From the NCBI GenBank assembly GCA_016934295.1, contig JAFGTD010000019.1, positions 10,950 to 74,949 of the forward strand: a DNA stretch of 64,000 nt, given 5' to 3'. Position numbers and translations under genes: made by a program. This stretch comes from Acidobacteriota bacterium (lineage in GTDB: Bacteria; Acidobacteriota; UBA6911). A model generated the notes under the pieces. The model was not told where the DNA came from, ran no database searches, and worked only from the letters and a program-made list of their open reading frames with translations. This document shows positions 50,101 to 58,783 of the stretch, in pieces (within the stretch, counting starts at the first letter, position 1; each line of letters opens with the position of its first letter).

Positions 50101-50587
50101 CGATGGCTTCTTCCAGAGCCGCATCAAATTGATCCGAATGCAGTTTCTGCGGGATCGCTCCTTTCAGGCAGGCGGACAGCGCAATAAGGCCTTCGCTGTG
50201 TTGTGAAAGAAGAGATTTGTCGATCCTGGGCTTGTAATAAAAACCTTCCAGGAATCCTAAAGAAACCAGCTTGGCCAGATTTTTGTATCCTTTAAGGTTT
50301 TCCGCCAACAGCACCAGATGATTGGATTGATCTCCTCCGCCGGTTTTCTTGAATCGATCCTCTTTTGCAACATAGACTTCACAACCGATGATCGGTTTGA
50401 TGCCATGCTTTTTTGCAGAAGTGTAGAACTGTATGGCCCCGAAAAGGTTCCCGTGATCCGTAAGAGCCAGTGCCGGCATTTTCATGGCAACAGCGGTATC
50501 GACCATGCTCTCAATTTTGGAAGCCCCGTCGAGCAGGCTGTAATCGGAATGATTATGCAGATGTACAAAAGGAGGCTGCTTCGGCAA
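47123..50587 (-). CDS. dnaE: DNA polymerase III subunit alpha
   Basis: 1154 aa with a PHP N-terminus (VHLHNHSDYSLLDG), polymerase core and an OB domain. TTG start 3 nt after the guaA stop. Confidence 0.95.
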   Translation of the reverse strand: MPKQPPFVHLHNHSDYSLLDGASKIESMVDTAVAMKMPALALTDHGNLFGAIQFYTSAKKHGIKPIIGCEVYVAKEDRFKKTGGGDQSNHLVLLAENLKGYKNLAKLVSLGFLEGFYYKPRIDKSLLSQHSEGLIALSACLKGAIPQKLHSDQFDAALEEAIELQDIFGKGNFYLELQDHNLEAQKQVNPGILEIAKKTGIPLVCTNDTHYILPGDSVAHDVLLCIGTGKTVNQQDRMRYESDQFYFKSPREMHALWGHIPDALQNTVRIAERCGFEMPTEQPLPPFEVPSGYNADSYFEKVTRDGFLNRCRNLEALSKSGNLKYPLSAYEERLNFEIEMIQRMQFSSYFLIVWDLMKYARDHRIPVGPGRGSVVGSLVAFSLAITDIDPLQYELFFERFLNPERIAPPDIDMDFCMKRRSEMIDYVSQKYGRANVCQIITFGTMAARGVIRDVGRSLDIPYSEVDHIAKLIPDELNATIDKALEQEPRLVEEMRKPQIEKLISIAKRLEGLSRHSSTHAAGVVIAPEPLVELVPLQKTNKDEITSQYSMKDLESIGLLKMDFLALTTLTVIDSTVSRIREEKGIELDLESIPLTDKKVFELFSQGRTNGIFQFESGGMKSELRRLKPERFEDLIALNALYRPGPMDMIPDFVKRKQGGIEVRYPHPILEEILKETYGVIVYQEQVMQIASKMGGFSLGEADILRKAMGKKKIDIMNSMREKFIEGALKKNISEKSAKQVFSLMEQFAQYGFNKSHSTAYALLAYQTAYLKVYYPVQFMAALLTSEIGNTDKIVMYIAECKDMGIAVLPPDINESSLDFLSMEGRIRFGMLAIRNVGEGVIQSVLEYRNKNGKFRSFFQFCEEVDSRSLNKRVLESLIKSGALDSLLWKRSQCMEMLDTALEYGQKARRDRESGQRGLFASVSASGQAELPEPEPPDIPEWPIEQRLAFEKETLGFYVSGHPMSRFAEEAARYSKKPIADLTAEGRSIECQVAGIVTDLRTRRTKKGELMAIFTLEDLSGSVPTIVFPNSYTRFESFLAADCPLLVSGRFEPEDERSFKIIASEIEPLPGIMQRNAKTLRITARISSLSPASATELHRLLEKNRGDTGVDVELYHPSEFRLNIQSSDFVKVKSSPELIRQIEDICGLGSVQVVN

Positions 50588-50590
50588 TTT

Positions 50591-52119
50591 CTACTCCCAT
50601 TCGATAGTTCCAGGGGGTTTCGAGGTGATATCGTAAACAACACGGTTGATTCCGCGTACTTCATTCACGATGCGGTTTGATATTTTCTCGAGAACTTCGT
50701 AAGGTAATTTCGCCCAGTCCGCAGTCATGCCGTCCATGCTGGTCACGATTCGCAGCGCCGCAACGTTTTCATAAGTGCGATCGTCTCCCATGACGCCTAC
50801 ACTCTGAATTGGCAGTAAAACGGCAAAAGCCTGCCAGAGATCCCGCATCAGGCCGGCGCGCTCTATTTCTTCCTGCACGATGGCGTCCGCTTCCCTGAGA
50901 ACAAACAACCGTTCCTCGGTTATGGAGCCTATAATGCGAACGGCAAGCCCCGGGCCCGGAAATGGATGGCGGTGCACAAAACTCTCATCCATTCCCAATT
51001 CCTCTCCCACCTTTCGGACTTCGTCTTTGAACAGTTCACGAAGAGGTTCGATCAGTTTCAATTTCATTTCCGAAGGCAGGCCGCCCACATTGTGATGCGA
51101 TTTGATGACGGCGGAAGGCCCTCGTACGGAAACCGATTCGATAACGTCCGGGTACAGCGTACCCTGGACCAGGAAGGAAGAATTTCCTATCTTGTGGGAC
51201 TCTTCCTCAAAGACCCGGATAAATTCATTCCCGATAATTTTTCGTTTCTTTTCAGGATCTTCTATCCCTTTCAGAAGAGCAAGGAATCGATCGCTGGCAT
51301 CGACTCCCAGTACCTTAAGGTGCAGGCGCTGCTGGAAATTCTGCAGGACGGACTCGAATTCATTCTTTCGCAGCAATCCATTGTTGACAAAGATGCACGT
51401 GAGCCTGTCCCCTATTGCTTCATGGACCAGCAGGGCAGCGACGGTCGAATCGACCCCACCGCTGAGACCGCATATGGCGCTTTCGGATCCCATCTGAGCT
51501 TTAATGGATTCTACCGTCGACTTAATGAAAGAAGCCATGGTCCAGTCCCGTTTGCAACCACACGCACTTGTCAGGAAATTCTCAAGGATTTCTTTTCCAC
51601 GAGGTGTATGCACCACTTCCGGATGGAACTGCAGGCCCCAGATTTTTTTGCTTTCATCCGCGGCGGCGGCGATTAAATTGCCCGATTTCGCGAAGATTTT
51701 GAATCCCGCGGGCAGTTGATCCACGCGATCGCCGTGACTCATCCACACCTGAAACTGTTCGGGCAGATCCTTGAATAGCACGCCGTCATCAAGGCGAACG
51801 GCCACAGCTTTGCCGTATTCACGTTTATTGCCTCCTGAAACGGTATTTCCCCCCAGGCTCTTGGCCAGAAGTTGAAAGCCGTAACAGATGCCGAGAACCG
51901 GAATGCCCATCTCGAAGATTTCCAGAGGCAGGAAAGGGCTGCCCTCTCTGCATACCGAATCCGGTCCGCCGGAAAGAATTATTCCGGAAGGCTTATAGGC
52001 CCGGACTTTTTCGATCGCGTCGAAATAGGGCACAATTTCGCAATAAACGGACAACTCACGAACTCGCCGCCCGATCAGTTGCGTATATTGCGAACCAAAA
52101 TCAAGAATTAAAATATTTT
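50591..52119 (-). CDS. guaA: GMP synthase (glutamine-hydrolysing)
   Basis: GATase N-terminus ([20 protein letters not shown]), ATP-PPase motif SGGVDSTV, and a C-terminus ending TIEWE. There is no in-frame ATG, GTG or TTG between the upstream TAA and ILILDFG. The start is tentatively placed at ATT (52119-52117), which has a GGAG 7 nt upstream. The track begins at an internal TTG at 52054. Confidence 0.85.
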
Positions 52120-52231
52120 CCCGGTAAATGAGTTTGCTCCAGCGTTAGTTCGGTTATAATTCGTAGAGTTCATAAACTATCGTAGGCTAAGAGTAAATTC
52201 AACGGAAACAGAATGGGAAAAGGATAAAAAA

Positions 52232-52519
52232 ATGAATTATTACGTTCTGTTTTACTATGTCGTCGAGGATTATTTATCGCGACGGGCGGAGTACAGAGAA
52301 GAACACCTGCGACTTGTTCGGCAGATGCGGGACCACGGGGGACTTTTGCTCGGTGGCGCATTGGCTGAACCGGCCGATCAGGTCCTGCTGGTTTTTCGCA
52401 CGGCAAATACCGATGATATAGAAGATTTTGTCCTTAAGGACCCTTATGTGAGGAATGGGCTGGTAACACGGTGGGAGATCAGACCCTGGACCGTTGTTGT
52501 CGGGAATGCCATCGATTAA
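52232..52519 (+). CDS. YciI-family (Dabb-fold) protein
   Basis: 95 aa with a YciI-like pattern (YVVEDYLSRRAEYREEHL...VRNGLV). Confidence 0.7.
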   Translation: MNYYVLFYYVVEDYLSRRAEYREEHLRLVRQMRDHGGLLLGGALAEPADQVLLVFRTANTDDIEDFVLKDPYVRNGLVTRWEIRPWTVVVGNAID

Positions 52520-52677
52520 CAAATGTCCGATAGTCTCGACGTAGCATAAATAATGCTTAATAATAAGGAATATGCTATGAATAGTTGAAGTAATAGATTA
52601 GGTATGCAACTGCAATGATACCGGCCGACCCGGCTCAAATCATGCGGTGTCCGGATATAGAAGTAAAAACGTTGCTT

Positions 52678-53562
52678 TTATGCAATCAGTTTATTTAGAG
52701 GGTATTCGATAATTCCCTGTGCCCCGGCTCTTTTTAATTCAGGGATCATCTTTTTCACTACTTTTTCTTCCACAACAACTTCGAGTGCAATCCATCCGGA
52801 AATTGTCAGCGGGCTGACGGTGGGCCGCTTCAGGGAAGGAAGAATCCCCATTATTCTATCCAGGTCATTTTCCCGGAGGTTCATTTTCAATCCGACCATA
52901 CCTTCCGCGGCAAGGGCGCCCTTGAGCAGGATGGCGATATTTTCCATCTTTTCCCGTTTCCAGGGATCCTGCCAGGATTGCTTGTTGGCGATAAAACGGG
53001 TCGTGGAAGAGAGCACATCCGCAACAATTCGGAGTTGATTGGCTTTCAGACTTCTGCCGGTTTCGGTCAGTTCGACAATTGCGTCCACCAGAATGCCGGC
53101 TTTAGCTTCCGTTGCACCCCAGGAATATTCAATCTTGGCTTTTACTTTATTTTTAGAAAAATATTTTTTCACGCAATGGACGAGTTCCGTCGCGACGGTT
53201 TTATTCTGCAGATCCTGAATGGATCGTACTTTTGAACTTTCGGGAACGGCCAGGACCCATCGAACAGGCTTGAAACCGGATTTTGCGTAAATAAGTTCAC
53301 AAATCTGTTTGACGTTTGCACCCGTTTCAAGAATCCAGTCCTGTCCGGTAATTCCGGCATCAAACAGCCCGTCCTGGACGTATTTGGCCATTTCCTGGGA
53401 CCGGATCAGCATGACTTCAATTTCCTCGTCGTCACAGTAGGGGAAGTAAGACCTGTTGCTGGAATAAACACGGATTCCCGCCTTGCGAAACAGCTCAAGC
53501 GTCGATTCCTGGAGACTGCCTTTGGGCAGGCCCAGTTTAAGGATTTTATTTGTTTTAGGCAT
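52678..53562 (-). CDS. hisG: ATP phosphoribosyltransferase (long form)
   Basis: HisG catalytic domain plus a C-terminal regulatory domain. The start is placed at the ATG MPKTNKIL, which has an AGGAGAG Shine-Dalgarno. Confidence 0.85.
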   Translation of the reverse strand: MPKTNKILKLGLPKGSLQESTLELFRKAGIRVYSSNRSYFPYCDDEEIEVMLIRSQEMAKYVQDGLFDAGITGQDWILETGANVKQICELIYAKSGFKPVRWVLAVPESSKVRSIQDLQNKTVATELVHCVKKYFSKNKVKAKIEYSWGATEAKAGILVDAIVELTETGRSLKANQLRIVADVLSSTTRFIANKQSWQDPWKREKMENIAILLKGALAAEGMVGLKMNLRENDLDRIMGILPSLKRPTVSPLTISGWIALEVVVEEKVVKKMIPELKRAGAQGIIEYPLNKLIA

Positions 53563-53785
53563 GAACTCTCCTGGTCCTCGACCGATGTGAATCGGTAACA
53601 ATGTTGAATTCGAAAGGATAATACCGGAAGGAGCGGATTTCAACAACGCAAAGGCGCACTAAGACGCTAAGAACTGCTTAACGCGAAGACGCAAAAGCGC
53701 AAAGAAAATATATAGAGAGAGTTTTTTCGTTAATGTTTTTAAGCACGATTGAGGGAGTTACCGGCCGGAGGGTGAGAACTTGAAT

Positions 53786-53813
53786 GTCAATCTTTAATCT
53801 TCAATTTTTAATC
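53786..53813 (+). repeat. Intergenic heptamer-array element, copy B (GTCAATC TTTAATC TTCAATT TTTAATC), about 42 nt upstream of uppP
   Basis: Four tandem 7-bp units of consensus TTYAATC/T. Shares an exact 20-mer with copy A. Confidence 0.6.
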
Positions 53814-53855
53814 AATACTGGTATCATTGCGGCGCACTTAACACCATGAAACAGG

Positions 53856-54710
53856 ATGGATTTTATGGGAAACCTCATGGAATTAATTTCCGCTGCGATT
53901 TTGGGCGTTATCCAGGGACTTACCGAGTTTCTGCCTATCAGCAGTTCCGCTCACTTGATCATAGTACCGTGGTTTATTGGGTGGGAAGCTCAAGGAATAG
54001 CGTTTGATGTGTCCCTTCACGTAGGCACCGCTATATCCGTGTTGGCATTTTTCTGGAAAGACTGGATCCGTCTGGCCAGGGAAACGATCAATGGGCTGAA
54101 GGAAGGGCGCCCCCTGGGAAATTCGGACCGGAAACTGGCCTGGTTTCTGGTGGTAGCGACGATACCTGCGGCCATAGCAGGGCTCCTGTTTGAGGATTCA
54201 ATTGAAAACAGATGGAGGTCTCCACTTGTGACTGTTTTTACACTGGTGGTTTTCGCAATCCTGCTTTATATCGCCGATAAAAAGGGAAAAAGGAACCGTT
54301 CAATCAGTTCCTTCAAATGGGCGGACTCCATCTGGATCGGCCTGAGCCAGGCAGTTGCCCTGATTCCGGGAGTGTCCCGAAGCGGCATAACGATGACGGC
54401 TGCCATGTTGCGCAACAGTGATCGAACGAGTGCCGCGCGCTTTTCATTTCTTCTTTCGACGCCGGTTATTGTCGGTGCCGGGGCGCTGGAAGGATTGAAG
54501 CTGATCCGTTCCATCCTCAATCCTTTGGAAGGAACGGTTGAAGAGCAATGGTTCGTATTATTAACGGGTGTTGTTTTTGCAGCGGTAACCGGCTTTCTCT
54601 GTATACGATATTTTCTTCGCTATATCCGCAACAGCAGCTTTACGCCTTTCGTTGTGTATCGTATTCTCCTGGCAGGAGTAGTGCTTGCCTATTACCTGAA
54701 GGGACAGTAA
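53856..54710 (+). CDS. uppP: Undecaprenyl-diphosphatase
   Basis: BacA/UppP motifs (GLTEFLPISSSAHL, PGVSRSGITMTAA) in an 8-TM protein. Confidence 0.9.
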   Translation: MDFMGNLMELISAAILGVIQGLTEFLPISSSAHLIIVPWFIGWEAQGIAFDVSLHVGTAISVLAFFWKDWIRLARETINGLKEGRPLGNSDRKLAWFLVVATIPAAIAGLLFEDSIENRWRSPLVTVFTLVVFAILLYIADKKGKRNRSISSFKWADSIWIGLSQAVALIPGVSRSGITMTAAMLRNSDRTSAARFSFLLSTPVIVGAGALEGLKLIRSILNPLEGTVEEQWFVLLTGVVFAAVTGFLCIRYFLRYIRNSSFTPFVVYRILLAGVVLAYYLKGQ

Positions 54711-54759
54711 TCCGGGTTCCGGTCGTCTCGCTTACACAAGACCTCGTGAAAAATTCGTA

Positions 54760-56109
54760 TTAGTCTTTTGACCCGCGTTTCTTCCTCTGTTTCATTTCTG
54801 TAAGGATTTCCCGAATCCTTCGCTCCATTCCCTGATCGGACGGGTAATAATACTGCCTGTCTTTAAGTGTTTCCGGAAGGCATTCCATATCGGCTATCTT
54901 TTCCTTCAAGTTATGAGCGTACTGATAATCCTTCCCGTAGCCGAGTTCTTTCATAAGCGTTGTCGGGGCATTGCGTATATGCAGCGGCGGCGGTTCATTG
55001 AACGTATTCTGAACGTCTGAGACGACTTTTCCGTAAGCGGTGTACAGAGCATTGGATTTGGGGGCGACAGACAGGTACACGGCCGCCTGGCAAAGCGCCA
55101 GTTTGCATTCCGGCAATCCGATCAGGCGAACGGCATCCACGGCATTCAGGGCTACATTCAAGGCGCGGACGTCGGCGAGGCCGACATCCTCAGAGGCGAA
55201 ACGCACCATCCGTCGCGCGATATACACCGGATCCTCTCCCGCTTCCAGCATGCGGCCGAGCCAGTAAAGAGATGCATCCGGATCGCTGTTGCGCATCGAT
55301 TTATGCAATGCGGAAATAAGATTGTAGTGTTCCTCTCCGTCCTTGTCGTACTGCATGATTTTCTGTTGCAGGGCGGATTCCAGGTCTTCGGTTGTAAGAG
55401 CCGCAGGCAGTGAGGAGGATCGGCGCTGCGTGAGGGAAATCGCAAGTTCCAGAATATTGAGCGCAATGCGCGCGTCGCCGTTTGAATACAATGCAAGCTG
55501 GTGCAGCACCTCGTCTGGAACCGAAACAGGGATGGCTCCCAGCCCGCGTTCCGTATCCGATAAAGAACGTTTCAGAATCTGTTCTATTTCTTCAGGCTTG
55601 AGAGGATTCAGGACGTAGACTTTGCACCTGGACAGCAGGGGGCCGATGACTTCAAAGGAAGGATTCTCCGTTGTAGCACCTATAAGAACAATTACGCCCG
55701 ATTCCACATAGGGAAGAAACGCGTCCTGCTGGGCTTTGTTGAAACGGTGTATTTCATCTACGAAAACCACGGTTCTTCCGTGAGAGGAACGAAAAAGCTT
55801 TTCCGCTTCCGCCATGACGGTTTTGATCTCCTTGATTCCCGACAACACCGCGCTGTAGGAAACAAATGGGGAGCGAGTCTGCTTTGCCAAAATTCGCGCC
55901 AGCGTTGTTTTTCCCGTACCCGGCGGTCCCCAGAGGATAATGGATGTCAGCCGGTCCTGTTCCGCCATCATTCGCAGGACTTTGCCCTTGCCGATGAGAT
56001 GCTGCTGCCCGACAATTTCATCCAGGTTGGCTGGACGGAGTCTTTCCGCCAGCGGCGCGTCCGGGTTCGGATGGGAGTCTTCAGGTTCGGGAAATAACGT
56101 ATTTGTCAT
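54760..56109 (-). CDS. rarA: Replication-associated recombination protein A (AAA+ ATPase)
   Basis: Walker A WGPPGTGKTTLA, Walker B VVFVDEIHRFN, and the MgsA C-terminal domain. Confidence 0.9.
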   Translation of the reverse strand: MTNTLFPEPEDSHPNPDAPLAERLRPANLDEIVGQQHLIGKGKVLRMMAEQDRLTSIILWGPPGTGKTTLARILAKQTRSPFVSYSAVLSGIKEIKTVMAEAEKLFRSSHGRTVVFVDEIHRFNKAQQDAFLPYVESGVIVLIGATTENPSFEVIGPLLSRCKVYVLNPLKPEEIEQILKRSLSDTERGLGAIPVSVPDEVLHQLALYSNGDARIALNILELAISLTQRRSSSLPAALTTEDLESALQQKIMQYDKDGEEHYNLISALHKSMRNSDPDASLYWLGRMLEAGEDPVYIARRMVRFASEDVGLADVRALNVALNAVDAVRLIGLPECKLALCQAAVYLSVAPKSNALYTAYGKVVSDVQNTFNEPPPLHIRNAPTTLMKELGYGKDYQYAHNLKEKIADMECLPETLKDRQYYYPSDQGMERRIREILTEMKQRKKRGSKD

Positions 56110-56120
56110 AAAATGTTCAA

Positions 56121-56945
56121 TCAGGCTTTCGCCACAGGGGATGCGGCTCTCTGTCTGGAAGCTTCAAACAGGATAACGGCTCCGGCAAGGGCCACATTCA
56201 AAGATTCGATCCCCATCGCCATTGGAATTCGAATAGAGGGTATGCCGGGATAAAGCTCTTCGTTCATACCGCTTCCTTCATTTCCAAGAAGAACGGCGCA
56301 GGGCGATTTCAGGTCCGATTCGGTGTATGGCACGCCGTCGCGGGCATCTGTACGGTAAATCTGGATCGAATGATCCATACAATAACGGTGAAAATCTGCA
56401 AAATCCACATGTTCTACGGGGGAAAGATGAAAAAAAGTGCCGGCACTCGATCGAATCGCCTTGGGGTTCCTGGCTGAAACAGTTTCCTTTGACGTACAGA
56501 TAAGTGTCGCTCCGGCTGCGGCTGCCGTTCGGATTAATGTTCCCATATTGCCGGGATCCTGAATGCCGCAGGCATACAGCACAAGGGCCGCGGGATTGTG
56601 TTGAGAAGGAAATAATATGCGGGGAACGCTGACAAGAGCGATAGCTCCCTGGGGCGTCCGAAGACAGGAGAGGGATTCAAAAAGAGCCGTTTTAACCTGA
56701 TAGAGACGAACACCCCGGGACAGCCAGTTCTTAAAAAGAGCTTGTTCTCTTGGATTTGAACAGAATTTTTCGGACAGGATAACCGTCTCGATGCTGTAAC
56801 GGGATCGGTTCGCTTCCTCCAGAACGCGAATTCCTTCAGCCAGAACAAGGTCTTCCGGCGCTCTATGGGAGCCGGTCGCCATAAGGCGTATCGTTTTAAG
56901 AAGCGGATTGGCCTTGCTTGTCAGCCGGGTGACGGATGTCAACAT
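56121..56945 (-). CDS. TrmH/SpoU-family RNA 2'-O-methyltransferase
   Basis: SpoU MTase motifs (LVLYACGIQDPGNMGTLIRTAAAAGA, LLGNEGSG, GIESLNVALAGAVILFE). It sits 11 nt upstream of rarA. Confidence 0.8.
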   Translation of the reverse strand: MLTSVTRLTSKANPLLKTIRLMATGSHRAPEDLVLAEGIRVLEEANRSRYSIETVILSEKFCSNPREQALFKNWLSRGVRLYQVKTALFESLSCLRTPQGAIALVSVPRILFPSQHNPAALVLYACGIQDPGNMGTLIRTAAAAGATLICTSKETVSARNPKAIRSSAGTFFHLSPVEHVDFADFHRYCMDHSIQIYRTDARDGVPYTESDLKSPCAVLLGNEGSGMNEELYPGIPSIRIPMAMGIESLNVALAGAVILFEASRQRAASPVAKA

Positions 56946-56947
56946 AG

Positions 56948-56983
56948 GATTGAAGGTAAAAAATTAAATTGAAGATTAAAAAT
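56948..56983 (-). repeat. Intergenic heptamer-array element, copy C. On the minus strand it reads TTTAATC TTCAATT ... TTCAATC, ending 3 nt before the trmH-family gene ATG.
   Basis: The reverse complement of 56967-56980 is TTTAATCTTCAATT. A second TTCAATC unit lies at 56948-56954. The element is co-oriented with the downstream minus-strand operon. Confidence 0.5.
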
Positions 56984-57003
56984 AATTTCTATTGCATCCT
57001 TTT

Positions 57004-57777
57004 CTACGATTCTTTGGAAACGGATTCGACTCTGCCTTTAAGGACGCTGCCCCATACAACGCGATTTACCGGGTAGTTCCCGTTTTGCAGGATGTAAGAG
57101 GCTAGGATTCCGGCATCCGCGTCCTTTTCGGGCGTATCGACTTTATTGATGAAAGGAATAATGGTTGTTCCATTTTTAACGTCTTTGCATACGCCCCGGG
57201 GATGCATGAGGATACCGGCGGCCAGCCGGGGTGTTATCCGATCCCCGGCTTTAAGGGTGAAACGGTCGGCCAGTGTCTGAAACCGGAATACGACTTCGGG
57301 CCCCAAAGGCTGATGAATACAATCGATGCCGATGACTGGAACCAGGTAATCCGCCTGTGCCATAAGCACCGGCTCTCCTTCCCTGGGCAGCTTCAATGAA
57401 AATCTTGCCGCTCCGTCCGCTTCATTCAAAAGAATCGCAAGTTTGCTTCGGTCGATGGACGAAAAAAAATCGGGTGGGATTCCTTTCAGCAGGTCAGGTT
57501 CCATAAACTGTCGGGTAACGACAAGTTTATATTTTTGACGGGTGATGTTGCGGATGACGTCATTAACAAGATGCTTTAACAATTTTACATTTTCACTCGA
57601 AATAACCGCCAAATCTCTGCCGGGATCCGGAGGATGGATTCGGGTTGTCGTTGTATACAGGACGGATCCCTGGGACGAGATTTCGTCCATCAATTTAAAT
57701 ATCAGGGCGGTTTTGCCACCCCCACCGACGAAATTGACCAGGGAGTGGGGATGAAAATTGAAGTGACTGGAGAACAA
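57004..57777 (-). CDS. yqeC: YqeC-family protein (putative selenium-dependent hydroxylase accessory protein)
   Basis: P-loop-like FVGGGGKTALIFKLMDE...VLYTTTTRI is typical of YqeC (TIGR03172-like). The start is placed at the TTG at 57777, which has an AAGGAG Shine-Dalgarno. The longer track ORF would overlap the upstream GT2 gene. Confidence 0.6.
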   Translation of the reverse strand: MFSSHFNFHPHSLVNFVGGGGKTALIFKLMDEISSQGSVLYTTTTRIHPPDPGRDLAVISSENVKLLKHLVNDVIRNITRQKYKLVVTRQFMEPDLLKGIPPDFFSSIDRSKLAILLNEADGAARFSLKLPREGEPVLMAQADYLVPVIGIDCIHQPLGPEVVFRFQTLADRFTLKAGDRITPRLAAGILMHPRGVCKDVKNGTTIIPFINKVDTPEKDADAGILASYILQNGNYPVNRVVWGSVLKGRVESVSKES

Positions 57778-57790
57778 TGGCAACTCCTTA

Positions 57791-58783
57791 TCAGGATTGG
57801 TCGTTGCTGTCGGAAATCCCCGGTCCCGATCTGTTTTTGTTATGCCGGATATGGCGCACGATATAGGGGACCTTGTTCTGGGATTCAAAATAAGTGCGGA
57901 TGACCAATTCCGCCACAAGTCCCATTAAAATAAATTGAATTCCTACAATAAACAGAAATACCGCAAGCAGCAGCAACGGGTTGTTATGTGCCTTGACGCC
58001 GCTGTAGTATTTTTCCAGCAATGTAAGGATGGCGCACAAGAATCCGGCCCCGCAGGAAATCATCCCGATGCCGCCGAAAAAATACATCGGTTTTGTGGAA
58101 TAGCTGCCGAGCATTTTGACCGTGATCAGGTCCAGAATAACCTTGAATGTACGGTTCAGTCCGTATTTGCTGGTTCCTGCGACTCGCGGATTATGGTTCA
58201 CCGGAATTTCCACAACACGTGCGCCGGCCCAGGAGGCGTACACGGGAATGAATCTGTGCATTTCTCCGTATAAGCGGATATGCGCCACAACCTCACGGCG
58301 ATATCCCTTTAAGGTACAACCGTAATCGTGGAGACGCACCCCGCTGATGAATGAGATAAGCCTGTTGGCCAGCTTTGACGGCAACCTGCGGCTCAACCAG
58401 GGATCTTTGCGATTCCGCCTCCAGCAGCTGACGACATCATAGCCCTCTCTCAACTTTGACAATACTGAAGGGATGTCCCGCGGATCGTTCTGCATATCCG
58501 CGTCTATGGGTATGAGAATGGAACCGGTCGCATAATCGAAACCCGCGGTCATGGCCGCGGTCTGGCCGAAATTTCTTCGAAATAGGATAAGCTTAATTCG
58601 AGAATCTTTCTCAGGCAGCGTTTCGAGATACGAATCGCTTCCATCCGTACTGCCGTCGTCGACAAAAAGAACCTCGAAATCTTCTTCGGTCGATTCAAGA
58701 GTCTGGAAAAGTACTCTTACGAACGTCTCAAGGTTTTCCCGTTCATTAAAAACCGGAACTATTATTGAAACCTTCTCGTTCAT
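57791..58783 (-). CDS. Family 2 glycosyltransferase (polyprenyl-phosphate sugar synthase, ArnC/GtrB/DPM1-like, with a C-terminal TM pair)
   Basis: GT2 motifs IVPVFNE, DDGSTDGS and DADMQNDP, plus two C-terminal TM helices. Its start overlaps the upstream gene stop as ATGA. Confidence 0.85.
   Translation of the reverse strand: MNEKVSIIVPVFNERENLETFVRVLFQTLESTEEDFEVLFVDDGSTDGSDSYLETLPEKDSRIKLILFRRNFGQTAAMTAGFDYATGSILIPIDADMQNDPRDIPSVLSKLREGYDVVSCWRRNRKDPWLSRRLPSKLANRLISFISGVRLHDYGCTLKGYRREVVAHIRLYGEMHRFIPVYASWAGARVVEIPVNHNPRVAGTSKYGLNRTFKVILDLITVKMLGSYSTKPMYFFGGIGMISCGAGFLCAILTLLEKYYSGVKAHNNPLLLLAVFLFIVGIQFILMGLVAELVIRTYFESQNKVPYIVRHIRHNKNRSGPGISDSNDQS

Noticed and set aside
53647-53700. Histidine attenuator leader upstream of hisG
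   Set aside because: No His-codon-rich leader peptide in any frame, only short AAGACGC / AAGCGCA direct repeats of unclear meaning.
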